64,000 nt of DNA, from the NCBI GenBank assembly GCA_965205505.1, contig CBDBHB010000009.1, positions 1,216,001-1,280,000 of the forward strand. The letters run 5' to 3'. Shown here piece after piece: positions 1 through 9,649 of this stretch; the first letter of the stretch is position 1; every line of letters starts with the position of its first letter. Both the position numbers and the translations under genes were made by a program. Source of the DNA: Acidobacteriota bacterium (GTDB taxonomy: Bacteria; Acidobacteriota; UBA890; WLXD01). The notes below the pieces were generated by a model. It was not told where the DNA came from and made no database searches. It saw only the letters and a program-made list of their open reading frames with translations.

Positions 1-513
1 GCCGGGGGCGAGGGGGTAGTCATCGAAGTCCAAGCCCGCGCTGCCGCGCAGCATGGCCATCGGAGCCGCCATCCGTGCATCGAAGCTGCGCGGCAGCACC
101 GCCACCTGGGGCGTTTGGATGGAGAACATCACGCCGTAGCCGTCGAGGTAAAACCCGTGGGCGGCAAGCGGCCTGCCCACCTTGACGACAACCGGCTCCA
201 GGGCCATGAGGTTGGCTTCGCCATCGCCGTCAGGGTCGCCGCTGCGCTCCAGATCAATCGTCGTGTTGACCTGCACCGAGACACGCTCTTGCACCAGGTC
301 GGTGAGCAGGCCCTCGAATACCCCGAGCTGCCGCAGGCGCTGCGACTCCTGGCCCTCCAGCGCCGCGCCTTCCGACGCTGCACTTTCCGGCCCAGCATTT
401 TTCGGCACTGCGCTTCTTGGCACTGCCCAGGAGCTGCCGCCGGCGAGCAACAGCGCTGCCACCGCGCCGATCGCCAGCCTCCCGATGTGCCTGGTGGTGA
501 TCGCGTTAGTCAT
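1..513 (-). CDS. Exported hypothetical protein, third gene of the ECF sigma cluster (runs off the window)
   Basis: Read manually: ATG at 513 overlapping the anti-sigma stop, MTNAITTRHIGRLAIGAVAALLLAGGSSWA signal-like N-terminus, open to base 1, contains AHGFYLDGYGVMFSI. Confidence 0.7.
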   Translation of the reverse strand, partial: MTNAITTRHIGRLAIGAVAALLLAGGSSWAVPRSAVPKNAGPESAASEGAALEGQESQRLRQLGVFEGLLTDLVQERVSVQVNTTIDLERSGDPDGDGEANLMALEPVVVKVGRPLAAHGFYLDGYGVMFSIQTPQVAVLPRSFDARMAAPMAMLRGSAGLDFDDYPLAPG

Positions 514-1384
514 CGCGCTGCTCGGGTACCTGTGGCTCGATGTCGCTACCAATCCGGGTAACCAGGAAATCGATGACCTGGTTCGTACGCTCGAGCTCGA
601 GCCCGGTGGAAGAACGCAGCAAGCCGAGCTCGTCGAAGACGACGCTCAGATCGCTAGTGCGCTGGGTATCGAAAGTCTGGTACAGGTCGGTGAGCAGCGA
701 GTCGGTCTGCTGCTGATGTCGCTGCTCGGCGGCAGCGACCATCTGGCGCACCAGGATGCGAAGTTGGAGCTCGCGATTGCCGGGCACCTCGACCAGCATT
801 GGCTCGATGCCGAACTGGCTTGTGCTCATGCGGAACGGCCGCGCCTGGCCGCCTGAAACCCTGCCGCCGGCAACCCGACCTACAGCTGTCTGACCGACGG
901 GCGTCTGGCCGGCTGGATTCTGGCCGACTGGAATCTCGCCGACTGAAGGGTTACCCACCGAGGTTGTGGCGCTCGGTTGCGAGACCGGCGCTGCCGGCGC
1001 GGATGCGGCGCTGCGCGACAGGCCGGTGCTGAGCGTCCAGCCGATCTCGGTGCGTGTCAGGGTGGTGCTGGCGAACGCCGCAGCCAGCAGGATACCGAGC
1101 ACGAAGCTTGCCGCGATTGCCGCGCCCTTTATCCAGCCGAACGTGTTGATGGAGCCAGGGCGCACATCGCCCGGCATGGTTACGAAGGCGATTCGGGCCG
1201 GCTGTCCCTCCACCTCATCCCAGGCCGACAGGTCGTCGCGCACGGCACGAAAGGCCGCTTGCATGCGGACCAGATCGGGATGTTCGTCGATGCGTGCCTG
1301 CGCTGCTGCGCGGTCTGCGGCATCGAGCTCCCCGTACTCGAGCTCGACCAGCAGCTCCTGTAGGTCTTCGCGGTCGCCGCTCAT
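506..1384 (-). CDS. Putative anti-sigma factor (N-terminal anti-sigma-like domain, one TM helix, periplasmic tail)
   Basis: LEYGELDAADRAAAQARIDEHP N-terminus, TM segment AAIAASFVLGILLAAAFA, translationally coupled to the ECF sigma gene. Confidence 0.75.
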   Translation of the reverse strand: MSGDREDLQELLVELEYGELDAADRAAAQARIDEHPDLVRMQAAFRAVRDDLSAWDEVEGQPARIAFVTMPGDVRPGSINTFGWIKGAAIAASFVLGILLAAAFASTTLTRTEIGWTLSTGLSRSAASAPAAPVSQPSATTSVGNPSVGEIPVGQNPAGQTPVGQTAVGRVAGGRVSGGQARPFRMSTSQFGIEPMLVEVPGNRELQLRILVRQMVAAAEQRHQQQTDSLLTDLYQTFDTQRTSDLSVVFDELGLLRSSTGLELERTNQVIDFLVTRIGSDIEPQVPEQRDD

Positions 1385-1998
1385 ATCTCCAACCCCTCGG
1401 TCTTCAGGTGTCCCAGGCTCTTGGCCAGCGATTCGAAGCCATGGTAGAGCCGGGATTTCACTGTGCTTTCAGGTGTGTCGAGCACTTCCGCAATCTCGCG
1501 GAATTTCAGCCCGTGATACTGCTTCAGGATGATTACTTCGCGTTGCGTTTCGGGCAACCCCGCGATCGCCGCGTTCAGCACTCTCGATCGCTGGCGCCCC
1601 ATTGCCGAGCGATCGGGCGCCTCGGCCGAGTCCTGCACGAGCCGAAGCTGGTGCTGGTTGTCGTCGTCGTCCAGCGCCACCGTCGGTCGCGATTGCTTGC
1701 GGCGGAACTGACTGCGGCACTGGTTGAGGGCGATCTGGTACAGCCACGATGAGACCTTCGCCTCGCTGCGAAAACGGCTCAAGTTCGAGTAGGCCCGCAG
1801 GAAGGCCTCCTGGCAGATGTCGCGCGCCTCCTCGGGGTCGCCGAGGTAGCGGTAGACGAACTTGTACAGCGGCCCCTCCCAGCGCACAACGAGCTCGTTG
1901 AACGCACCTACGTCGCCGCCGACGGATCGGGCTACGAGCTGTTCGTCACTGGGAGCTGTGGGCGCTTCTGCCATTGAAGTTCCAGCGGCCCTTACCAT
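1381..1998 (-). CDS. ECF (sigma-70 family) RNA polymerase sigma factor
   Basis: DICQEAFLRAY, SWLYQIALN, region-4 HTH LKFREIAEVLDTPESTVKSRL; GGAGA RBS. Confidence 0.95.
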   Translation of the reverse strand: MVRAAGTSMAEAPTAPSDEQLVARSVGGDVGAFNELVVRWEGPLYKFVYRYLGDPEEARDICQEAFLRAYSNLSRFRSEAKVSSWLYQIALNQCRSQFRRKQSRPTVALDDDDNQHQLRLVQDSAEAPDRSAMGRQRSRVLNAAIAGLPETQREVIILKQYHGLKFREIAEVLDTPESTVKSRLYHGFESLAKSLGHLKTEGLEI

Positions 1999-2173
1999 TC
2001 TCGTCTCTCCACAGAATGGGACGCCCCGCAGGCCGAAAAAGTCGAACTGGCCAGCCTGTACGTCGGATCGCCGGCCATGGTGCCCGTCTAGTGGAGGGTA
2101 GCGGCAGAGACCGCAGAACCGCTGCCAGGTCGCTCGGTAGGGAAAGCTGCTTGCACGAGAAAGTCTATCAAAG

Positions 2174-2854
2174 GTGCCATCGACGTCCGCCGACCTCGGC
2201 GATCGTCCACGGGAGCGGCTCGAGCAGCTCGGTGCGGGCGCATTAAGCGACGTCGAGTTGCTGGCGCTGGTGATCGGCCACGGTCAACGCAACCGCTCTG
2301 CGGCGGCGATGGCGCGATCGCTGCTCCGTCATGGCGGGCTACGGGAGCTCGCCCGCGGCGACCCGCAGGAATGGCGCTCCGAGCCCGGCGTGGGGGTGGC
2401 GTCGGCGGCGCGCCTGGCAGCCCTCTTCGAGGTGGCGCGTCGGCTCGCCGCTCCAGCGCCCTCGCACGGGCTGGTCATACGGCGCCCGCGCGACTTGGGA
2501 CGACATCTGATGTCGCGCTACGGCGCCGAGCGGGCCGAATGCTTCGGAGTGGTGCTGCTGGATGGTCGCAACCGCTTCCTGAGCGAGCGTGTGCTTTCAC
2601 GCGGCGGGTGGAGCGCCAGCGTCGTTCGACCCCGTGAGGTATTCCGGCAGAGCCTGCTGGCGGCTGTACCGGCGCTTGTCTTGTTCCACAATCACCCCTC
2701 GGGTGATCCGACGCCGAGCCGGGAGGACGTCGGAATCACCCGGCAGATTCTGCAAGCCGGCGAGTTGCTGGGCATTCGCGTGCTCGATCACCTGGTGGTT
2801 GGCGCCGAGGGGTTCGTGAGCTTTAAAGAGCGCGGGCTCCTAGGCTTCCCCTGA
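2174..2854 (+). CDS. radC: RadC/UPF0758 JAB-domain protein
   Basis: [45 protein letters not shown] motifs. Confidence 0.95.
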   Translation: MPSTSADLGDRPRERLEQLGAGALSDVELLALVIGHGQRNRSAAAMARSLLRHGGLRELARGDPQEWRSEPGVGVASAARLAALFEVARRLAAPAPSHGLVIRRPRDLGRHLMSRYGAERAECFGVVLLDGRNRFLSERVLSRGGWSASVVRPREVFRQSLLAAVPALVLFHNHPSGDPTPSREDVGITRQILQAGELLGIRVLDHLVVGAEGFVSFKERGLLGFP

Positions 2855-4613
2855 TGATCTCGCCTTCCATGATGACCGCTTCGGGTCGAACCTCGTGGAT
2901 CTCGTAGCGATCGATTTCGAACAGGTTGCGATCCAACACGACCAGGTCGGCGAGCTTGCCGACCTCGATGGAGCCGAGCTGGTCGTCCATGCGGAGCTGA
3001 TAGGCGCCGCTCAAGGTATATCCCTTGATTAGATCCTCCAGGTCCAGGCGTTCGGTCATCGGCAGCCTTATCGGCGCAGCCTCACCTTGTTGATGGTATT
3101 GGCGGTTGTGGCCGATCTGCATTCCCAGATAGGGGTTGGCCCGCTCCATGCCGCTGAGCGACACCACGTCGCTGGAGAAGGTCACGACCGCGCCGTCATC
3201 CAGTAACGGCTGCACTAGCAACATCCTTTCGAAGCGGGGGCCAAGGGTACCGGCGGTCAACGGCAGTCGGTCTCCCAGGCCGTGCCATTGGGGCGTGTAG
3301 TTGGCAATGACACCCAGCTGTTTGAAACGGGGGTAGTCAGCCGTATCGATGATGTCCAGGTGGCAGATGGTGACGCGTGGATAGAGCTCGCCGTCGACCG
3401 AACTGCGCGCTGCTTGCACGGCATCCAGCGCGATGCGAACGCCCCGGTCGGCCACGATGTGTAAGTGCAGATCGATCCTGGCTTCGTGAAGCTGCACGAT
3501 GAAGTCACGCAGTTCCTCGGTGTCGAGCAAGGTTGCGCCCAGATTGCCTGGGTCGTCGCTGAACGGCTCGAGCAGCGCGCCGGTACGAATCTCATTGGTG
3601 CCGTCGAAGTGAATCTTGATGGTGTTGAACCGTAGCCGTTCGCTGCCGTAGGTGCGGCGCAGCCGCTGTAGCTCATCGATCGCATCGGGCACCTGATCGG
3701 GCAAGTAGATGTGATAGCTGCCCTCGTAGCGAACCGGCAGGCGACCGGCTGCCTCTAGCTCAGCCAGCAGCGAGTACGTGAGATCGTGGTAGTTGTTGTT
3801 GCCAGCGTCCAAGAGTGAAGTAACGCCGTGGCCTGACAGGTACTCCAAGAAGGTGTCGATACCCTCCTTGTTGGACTCCCGGTCAACGTCAGTAAGGTGC
3901 TGCGCATAGGGCCAGGCGGCCCATTCCTTGATCCAGCCGGTAGGCTCCCCATCGGCATCCCGTACGAAGTATGAGAGACCGGGTACCGGATCGGGTGTGT
4001 TGCTGTCGACCCCCATCATCTCAAGCGCCACGGAATTGACCCAAACGCTATGGACGCTTCCTAACATCACCGGTCGATCCGGTACGACGCCATCCAAATC
4101 TCTCCTATGTGGGCCCGCAACGCCGTACAGATCCCCGGACCAGCTACCCATCTCGATCCAGGCAAGGTCCGGGTTGGCTTGGGCATACGCCTCCACCGCA
4201 GCGACGATCTCCTCCTTGCTCCCGCCCCTGGGCAGCGTCCCTCTGGGACCACCACCCACGGGGACCGCGGTATACCCGGCCGTCTCCCGCCCCATCAGAC
4301 CTGGGTGTGTATGGGAATCCACTAGACCAGGAATTGTCAGCTTGCCGCCGAGGTCATGGCGAGCGGTATCGGCGCCAACAAAGCCCTGTGCGCCAGCGTT
4401 GTCGCCTACGTAAACGAACCTGCCGTCCTTGATCGCGACGGCTTCCGCCCAAACCTGGGCTTCGTCGACGGTAAAGAACTTACCGCCCTGCAGCACCCAA
4501 TCGGCAGGGCTGGCAGCATCGCCTGGCGACGCGTCCTCCGTTGACGGCTGACAAGCCGATATGCTCAGGCTCGCCAGCAAAAGGATCCACAGCCCGGGCC
4601 TGGTTTCCGTCAT
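2823..4613 (-). CDS. Amidohydrolase 3 family (YtcJ-like) lipoprotein
   Basis: PGLVDSHTH, HLHIVADRG, FSSD, GSIEVGKLADLVVLD; lipobox SISAC; GGAGG RBS. Confidence 0.9.
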   Translation of the reverse strand: MTETRPGLWILLLASLSISACQPSTEDASPGDAASPADWVLQGGKFFTVDEAQVWAEAVAIKDGRFVYVGDNAGAQGFVGADTARHDLGGKLTIPGLVDSHTHPGLMGRETAGYTAVPVGGGPRGTLPRGGSKEEIVAAVEAYAQANPDLAWIEMGSWSGDLYGVAGPHRRDLDGVVPDRPVMLGSVHSVWVNSVALEMMGVDSNTPDPVPGLSYFVRDADGEPTGWIKEWAAWPYAQHLTDVDRESNKEGIDTFLEYLSGHGVTSLLDAGNNNYHDLTYSLLAELEAAGRLPVRYEGSYHIYLPDQVPDAIDELQRLRRTYGSERLRFNTIKIHFDGTNEIRTGALLEPFSDDPGNLGATLLDTEELRDFIVQLHEARIDLHLHIVADRGVRIALDAVQAARSSVDGELYPRVTICHLDIIDTADYPRFKQLGVIANYTPQWHGLGDRLPLTAGTLGPRFERMLLVQPLLDDGAVVTFSSDVVSLSGMERANPYLGMQIGHNRQYHQQGEAAPIRLPMTERLDLEDLIKGYTLSGAYQLRMDDQLGSIEVGKLADLVVLDRNLFEIDRYEIHEVRPEAVIMEGEIIRGSLGARAL

Positions 4614-4978
4614 CGATCCTCCAGCCACTGTCTACCTCCCGGGATTTCCGAGATGACCCTGGTCGAGGCACGTTCCTGGCTTGGTCAGTATCGGGACGCC
4701 CGGATACAACCACCGATCGTTTGGCTCCTCAAGGGATTCTCTGCGTAAATAGCTGGCGTTTCAGCTCCGGCCAAGAGGCCTCAGCTGCCTCCAGAAGTAA
4801 CGCCAGCGAGCTAAACCGGCTCGTGTCGACGGACCCGTAGCGCGCTAGCTGAGCCTCGCGAGCCGTGCAACATACTCCGCGTGGTGTTCACGATTCCCAC
4901 CGTTGGGGCTACCAAATCACCTCGTTTGCCCCGGTCTCGCTCGCCGGCCAACTGCGCTCGTCGTCATCTGGCTCCAGG

Positions 4979-5666
4979 TCAGTGAGGGGTGGCGCTGAAC
5001 AACGATCGCAGTAGCGTTTCGCGGAAATCGGACGACGGTGCCAGGTAACCGCCGAGAACCGCGCGGCGGTGCTTTGGGCTTACGACCGTGAAGTTCACCG
5101 GAGTAGAGTCGTCGGCGGCCTCGAGAAAAACGACGTCGACTCGGTCGCCGCGGATCCTGTACCAGGTCGAGTCGCCGGCCAGGATGCCGCGTTCCGCGAT
5201 AAGGCTCCCACGCGAGCTCCATGTCGGCGAGCATCTCACCACGCTCCTCGTCGGTGATCAGGCCACCGTCCTGCGCGGCCGTCAGATTCTCTGCGGTACC
5301 GTCGAGGAATTGTCTTATCGTGAGGTTGCGAAGAAAGCGGGTACGAATGAGAACATCCCGGGCCTCGAGCACTGTCTCGGCGAGTGACGCGGCGAGCTCG
5401 TTGGAGTAGCTCTGCGTTGAAACCACCGGCTCGATCCCCGCAGTCGTCGCGGCTCCGAGCACGATCGTCAAGTGGAGAACGTCAATCCGGAAGATGGTTC
5501 GTTCGTAGAGCATCTCCATTGTCGAGTGCGGACCGGCGACAAGGTCCGCGACGTCGACGGGCGCGCCAGTCGCCCAGGCGGGGACTGGCGCCTGGGCGGC
5601 GGTGGGCGCGCTGACCGCTCCGAGCATCGCTAGCGTCAGGATGACCGTCTGCGAAGCGCTGCACAT
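4979..5666 (-). pseudogene. Secreted hypothetical protein (possibly chalcone-isomerase-like), frameshifted near 5200
   Basis: Signal peptide and plausible protein up to ELAWEP; continuation IAERGILAGD...RETLLRSLF lies in another frame. Confidence 0.6.
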
Positions 5667-6120
5667 CCCCGACTCCGATTTTCGGTGGGCGCGGAGGCTA
5701 TATCGCGTGACCCATGAGTCACAAGCAGGCCGGGGACGAATCCGGTTGCGATCCACGCTCCAAAATCGAATCAGCGTCGGTGCGCGGTCGGCAAAGTCAG
5801 GGCAAGACCCCACTTCACGTGGCGATAGCGGATCGGCGCTCGGCGACAACGCTCGCCAGATCGGTTCGACTCGGCAGTACATCTGAGCTTCATATCTACG
5901 AGTCATCCATGGGGTCGCAGTCATCCATGAGGTCTGCTGCTGATCCAGTCTGACCTCGCCGCCCTTTTTCAAGCGACTTTCGCAACCGCAGCAGACCGGC
6001 TGCCGGCAGCATCGAGCCGCACCCTGAATGGTGACTCCAGGGTGCGTATAGGGTGCAGTTCTCGTCACCACAAGCCACAGAGCCCCTTGCTATAAGGGCT
6101 TCTCGCAGGCGGCAACAATA

Positions 6121-6284
6121 TGTTCCACAATCACCCCTCGGGCGATCCGACGCCGAGTCGAGAAGACGTCGGAATCACCCGACAGATTCTGCAAGCCGGC
6201 GAGTTGCTGGGCATTCGCGTGCTCGATCACCTGATGGTTGGCGCCGAGGGGTTCGTGAGCTTCAAAGAGCGCGGGCTGCTCTAG
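6121..6284 (+). pseudogene. radC: Displaced native 3' end of radC (attR-like)
   Basis: Encodes [53 protein letters not shown]-stop with no start. Confidence 0.85.
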
Positions 6285-6335
6285 TCGCCTCGGCCCGAGC
6301 ATGCTTCACACGATGAGCGAACAACGGGAACGCCA

Positions 6336-6656
6336 ATGATCTCGATCAAGGACTTCATGGAAATCGAGTTGCGCACCGCCCGCATCGAGACTGCTGAGCG
6401 CGTCCCGAAGACGGACAAGTTGATAAAGCTCACGGTGGACCTGGGCGACGAGGTGCGCACCCTAGTGGCGGGGATCGCCGCCGCATACGACGTGGCCGAG
6501 CTGCCCGGGAAGAAGATCATCGTCGTGGCCAACCTCGAGCCGGCGACGATCCGTGGCGTGGAGTCGCAGGGCATGGTGCTCGCCGCCGACGTCGACGGCA
6601 GCCCGATGCTCGCCACGTTCGATCGCTGGATACCCGCCGGGCAGCGGGTGCGTTGA
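6336..6656 (+). CDS. Stand-alone tRNA-binding OB domain (MetRS C-terminal/Trbp111/CsaA-like)
   Basis: ISIKDFMEIELR, DKLIKLTVDLG, VVANLEPATIRGVESQGMVLAA. Confidence 0.9.
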   Translation: MISIKDFMEIELRTARIETAERVPKTDKLIKLTVDLGDEVRTLVAGIAAAYDVAELPGKKIIVVANLEPATIRGVESQGMVLAADVDGSPMLATFDRWIPAGQRVR

Positions 6657-7561
6657 AGCTCATCGACTCACACGCACATCTCACCGACGAGCGCTTCGAC
6701 GAGGACCGCAGCGAGTTGCTGGCGCGTGCCGCGGTGGCCGGCGTCGAGGCGGTGGTGGTGATTGGCTACAACCTGGAGTCGAGTCACCAAGTGGTGGAGT
6801 TGGTGGCGTCGGGCGCCGCCGACGCCGATTCTCCGGCCCCGGCTCCGGCTCTGGATCCGGCACACGCAGCAACATCGGCACCGGCAGCAGTACCGACACA
6901 AGCAGCTGCACCCGCACTGGCAGCAGTACCAGCACCGGCACAAGTACCGGCGCTGTATGGCACGGTCGGCTTCGCACCGCACAACGTTGCCGAGGCGCAT
7001 GCCAGCGCTCGTACCGAGGTGCAGGCGTTGCTGTCGCGTCCGCGCATTGTTGCGGTCGGCGAGATTGGCCTCGACTATCACTACGACATGCCGCCCGCCG
7101 AGCAACGCGACCTGTTCGGCGAACAACTCCGATGGGCCGTCGAAGACCAACTCCCGGTGGTGGTGCACAGTCGCGAGGCCGAGGATGACGTGATGGCGAT
7201 GATCCTCGACGCCGGCGCCAACCCCGAACGGGCTCCGCTGCGCGGCGTGATCCACTGCTTCACCGAGAGCGAGCACATGGCGGCGGCGGCCGTCGATGCC
7301 GGGTTCTACGTGTCGTTCTCGGGCATCCTGACGTTCGGTAGCGCCGAGGACCTCCGACGCAGCGCCGCCACCGTGCCGCTCGAGCGCACGTTGATCGAGA
7401 CCGACGCTCCCTATCTGGCGCCGGTGCCGCACCGTGGCAAGCGCAACGAACCGGCGTTCGTGGGCGCCGTGGCCGAGTGCCTGGCGACGATTCATCGGGC
7501 GGACGCCGAAGAGGTGGCGTCGATTACCGCCGCCAACTGCCGGATGCTGTTCGGTATCTAG
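6653..7561 (+). CDS. tatD: TatD family DNase with an Ala/Pro-rich insertion
   Basis: DSHAH, VGEIGLDY, VHSRE, HCFT, ETDAPYLAP motifs. Confidence 0.93.
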   Translation: MKLIDSHAHLTDERFDEDRSELLARAAVAGVEAVVVIGYNLESSHQVVELVASGAADADSPAPAPALDPAHAATSAPAAVPTQAAAPALAAVPAPAQVPALYGTVGFAPHNVAEAHASARTEVQALLSRPRIVAVGEIGLDYHYDMPPAEQRDLFGEQLRWAVEDQLPVVVHSREAEDDVMAMILDAGANPERAPLRGVIHCFTESEHMAAAAVDAGFYVSFSGILTFGSAEDLRRSAATVPLERTLIETDAPYLAPVPHRGKRNEPAFVGAVAECLATIHRADAEEVASITAANCRMLFGI

Positions 7562-7613
7562 CAGGCCGTGGTGGAAGTGCGCCTACGGCGAGTTGGGTCA
7601 GATGCAAGGCGGC
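7558..7613. repeat. Truncated copy of the CTAG MITE (type A end)
   Basis: ctagcaggccgtggtggaagtg...tacggcgagttggg.cagatgcaaggcggcc matches the start of the 9370 copy with internal deletions. Confidence 0.85.
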
Positions 7614-7618
7614 CCGGG

Positions 7619-9058
7619 TCAGCCGGCGAGCACAGTCTCTACACCGTGGGCGATCTGCAACAGTCGTGATTCCGCCAGCTTTGGCCCGACGAGCTGGATG
7701 CCGATCGGCAGGCCGTCGTCGCCTGATGTGGCCGGGATCGAGATCGCCGGTAGTCCGGCGAGGTTCGCTGTCACCGTGTAGATGTCGCTCAGATACATCG
7801 CCAGCGGATCCGCGGTGCGCTCGCCGAGCTCGAACGCGACGGTGGGGCTGGTGGGCCCGATGATGGCGTCGACGCCGGCGAACGCCGCGTCGAAGTCGCG
7901 GCACACCAGGGTGCGAACGCGTTGGGCGCGCCCATAGTATTGATCGTGGTAGCCGGCCGACAGAACGAAGGTTCCCAGCAGGATGCGCCGCTTCACCTCG
8001 GCGCCGAAGCCCTCGCTGCGGCTGCGTCGCAACAACTCCACGGGGCTCTCGGTTTCCTCGGTGCGATGCCCGTAGCGCACACCGTCGTAGCGAGCCAGGT
8101 TGGAGCTCGCCTCAGCGGTGGCGATGACGTAGTAGGTCGCCACCGCGTAGGCGGCATGCGGAAGCTCGATCGTGCTGATCTCGATGCCGCGGTCGGCGAG
8201 CGCCTCCAGCGTGCCCTCGAAGCAGCTGGCTACGGCGCTGTCGATGCCCTCGCCCTTCCAGTCGGAGGCCACCCCGAGGCGGATCGGAGCGCCGGATTCA
8301 GCGAGCCGCGCAGCATAGTCATCGACGGGCTCGTCGAGGCTGGTGGAGTCGCGTCGATCGTGCCCGGCGATCGCCCGCAACACGTGGGCGCTGTCGGCGA
8401 CGTTGCCACAAAGCGGGCCGATCTGGTCGAGCGACGAGGCGAAGGCGATGAGCCCGTAGCGCGACACGCGTCCGTAGGTGGGCTTGAGCCCGACGATGCC
8501 GCAGAAGGAAGCCGGCTGGCGTACCGAGCCGCCGGTGTCGGAGCCCAGCGCCACCGGCACCATCCCCGCCGCCACCGCTGCCGCCGGGCCGCCGCTGCTA
8601 CCGCCAGGAACGCGGCCCGGAGCCGCGGGATTGTGGGTGGGGCCGAGCGAGGAGTTCTCGGTCGACGACCCCATGGCGAACTCGTCCATGTTGGCGCGCC
8701 CGACCGGAATCGCACCGGCGTCGAGCAGCCGCTGCACGGCCGTCGCCGAGTAGGGCGAGATCCAATCGCGGAGGATTCTGGAGCCCGCCGCGGCGACGTG
8801 GCCCTCGAAACACAGGTTGTCCTTGAGCGCCACCGGAACGCCGGCTAGCGGCAGCCGGCTCTTGTGGGAGCTGGCGTCGAGTTGCTGCGCGGCAGTGCGG
8901 GCCTCGTCGCCCCATACCTCGAGAAACGCGTGTACCTCGGGATCGCGGTCCTCGATGCGGCGCACCGCCGACGCGACGCGCTCCGCGGCGCTGAATTTGC
9001 CGGAGTGGATCCCCTCGACTGTCGCCGCTACCGAGAGGTCGCCGAGAGCGTCGCTCAT
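7619..9058 (-). CDS. gatA: Asp/Glu-tRNA amidotransferase subunit A
   Basis: Amidase signature GGSSGG, GSDTGGSVRQPA, SSNLARYDGVRYG, EVKRRILLGT. Confidence 0.97.
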   Translation of the reverse strand: MSDALGDLSVAATVEGIHSGKFSAAERVASAVRRIEDRDPEVHAFLEVWGDEARTAAQQLDASSHKSRLPLAGVPVALKDNLCFEGHVAAAGSRILRDWISPYSATAVQRLLDAGAIPVGRANMDEFAMGSSTENSSLGPTHNPAAPGRVPGGSSGGPAAAVAAGMVPVALGSDTGGSVRQPASFCGIVGLKPTYGRVSRYGLIAFASSLDQIGPLCGNVADSAHVLRAIAGHDRRDSTSLDEPVDDYAARLAESGAPIRLGVASDWKGEGIDSAVASCFEGTLEALADRGIEISTIELPHAAYAVATYYVIATAEASSNLARYDGVRYGHRTEETESPVELLRRSRSEGFGAEVKRRILLGTFVLSAGYHDQYYGRAQRVRTLVCRDFDAAFAGVDAIIGPTSPTVAFELGERTADPLAMYLSDIYTVTANLAGLPAISIPATSGDDGLPIGIQLVGPKLAESRLLQIAHGVETVLAG

Positions 9059-9071
9059 GTGCGCCTGCTGC

Positions 9072-9359
9072 CTATCCGGGGATCACACGCGGCACCGCGA
9101 AATGCTCGTCGACGATCTCTGGCGCGCCCTCGAAGGTGCGCTCGCGTGGCAACGACGGTTGCGGCTCGTCGGCGCGGCGCACGTCCTCCTCCTCACGCAG
9201 GTTGCGGGTACGCTCGACGTCCGTCACGTCGACCTCCCGCAACTGATCCACATAGGCGAGGATACGCTCGATTTGGGGTGCCAGCTCGGCGCACTCGTCT
9301 GCCGAAAGCTCGAGTCGGGCGAGCTCGGCGACGCGTTCGATGCGCTCTCGGGCTGACAT
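9072..9359 (-). CDS. gatC: Asp/Glu-tRNA amidotransferase subunit C
   Basis: VAELARLEL, ILAYVDQLREVD, FAVPRVI; directly upstream of gatA. Confidence 0.95.
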   Translation of the reverse strand: MSARERIERVAELARLELSADECAELAPQIERILAYVDQLREVDVTDVERTRNLREEEDVRRADEPQPSLPRERTFEGAPEIVDEHFAVPRVIPG

Positions 9360-9369
9360 GGCGGGCAGT

Positions 9370-9649
9370 CTAGCAGGCCGTGGTGGAAGTGTGGCGGGCC
9401 TGGTTACGGCGAGTTGGGGCCAGTTGGAAGGCGGCCTGACGCTGGCGATGCCCTAGCCATCGTCGAGGAAGGCCAACGCCGCAGATGGCCCCCAAATCGT
9501 CGTAACCCTTCGGGCGACAGGGGGTTGCGCGCGTATGCTACGTCGTTCGTCGTCAACGATGGGGTAACCATCGCCTCCTCCTCTCTCCTGGCCTCCTCCT
9601 CGCAAGACCCTGTCGCCAGGCCCGCCACACTTCCACCACGGCCTGCTAG
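9370..9649. mobile_element. MITE-like element, type A, full length
   Basis: 34-bp perfect terminal inverted repeats ctagcaggccgtggtggaagtgtggcgggcctgg, CTAG at both ends, close homologues at 13684 and 37741. Confidence 0.92.

Larger units (their letters stand above)
2682..6284. mobile_element. Degenerate island integrated in the radC 3' end (direct repeats 2682-2838 and 6121-6277)
   Basis: ~157-bp near-identical repeat of the radC 3' end starting at the FHNHPSG codons; no integrase remains. Confidence 0.75.

Noticed and set aside
5670-6120. tRNA or riboswitch in the long intergenic stretch
   Set aside because: No cloverleaf or known aptamer recognised; better explained as the island end.
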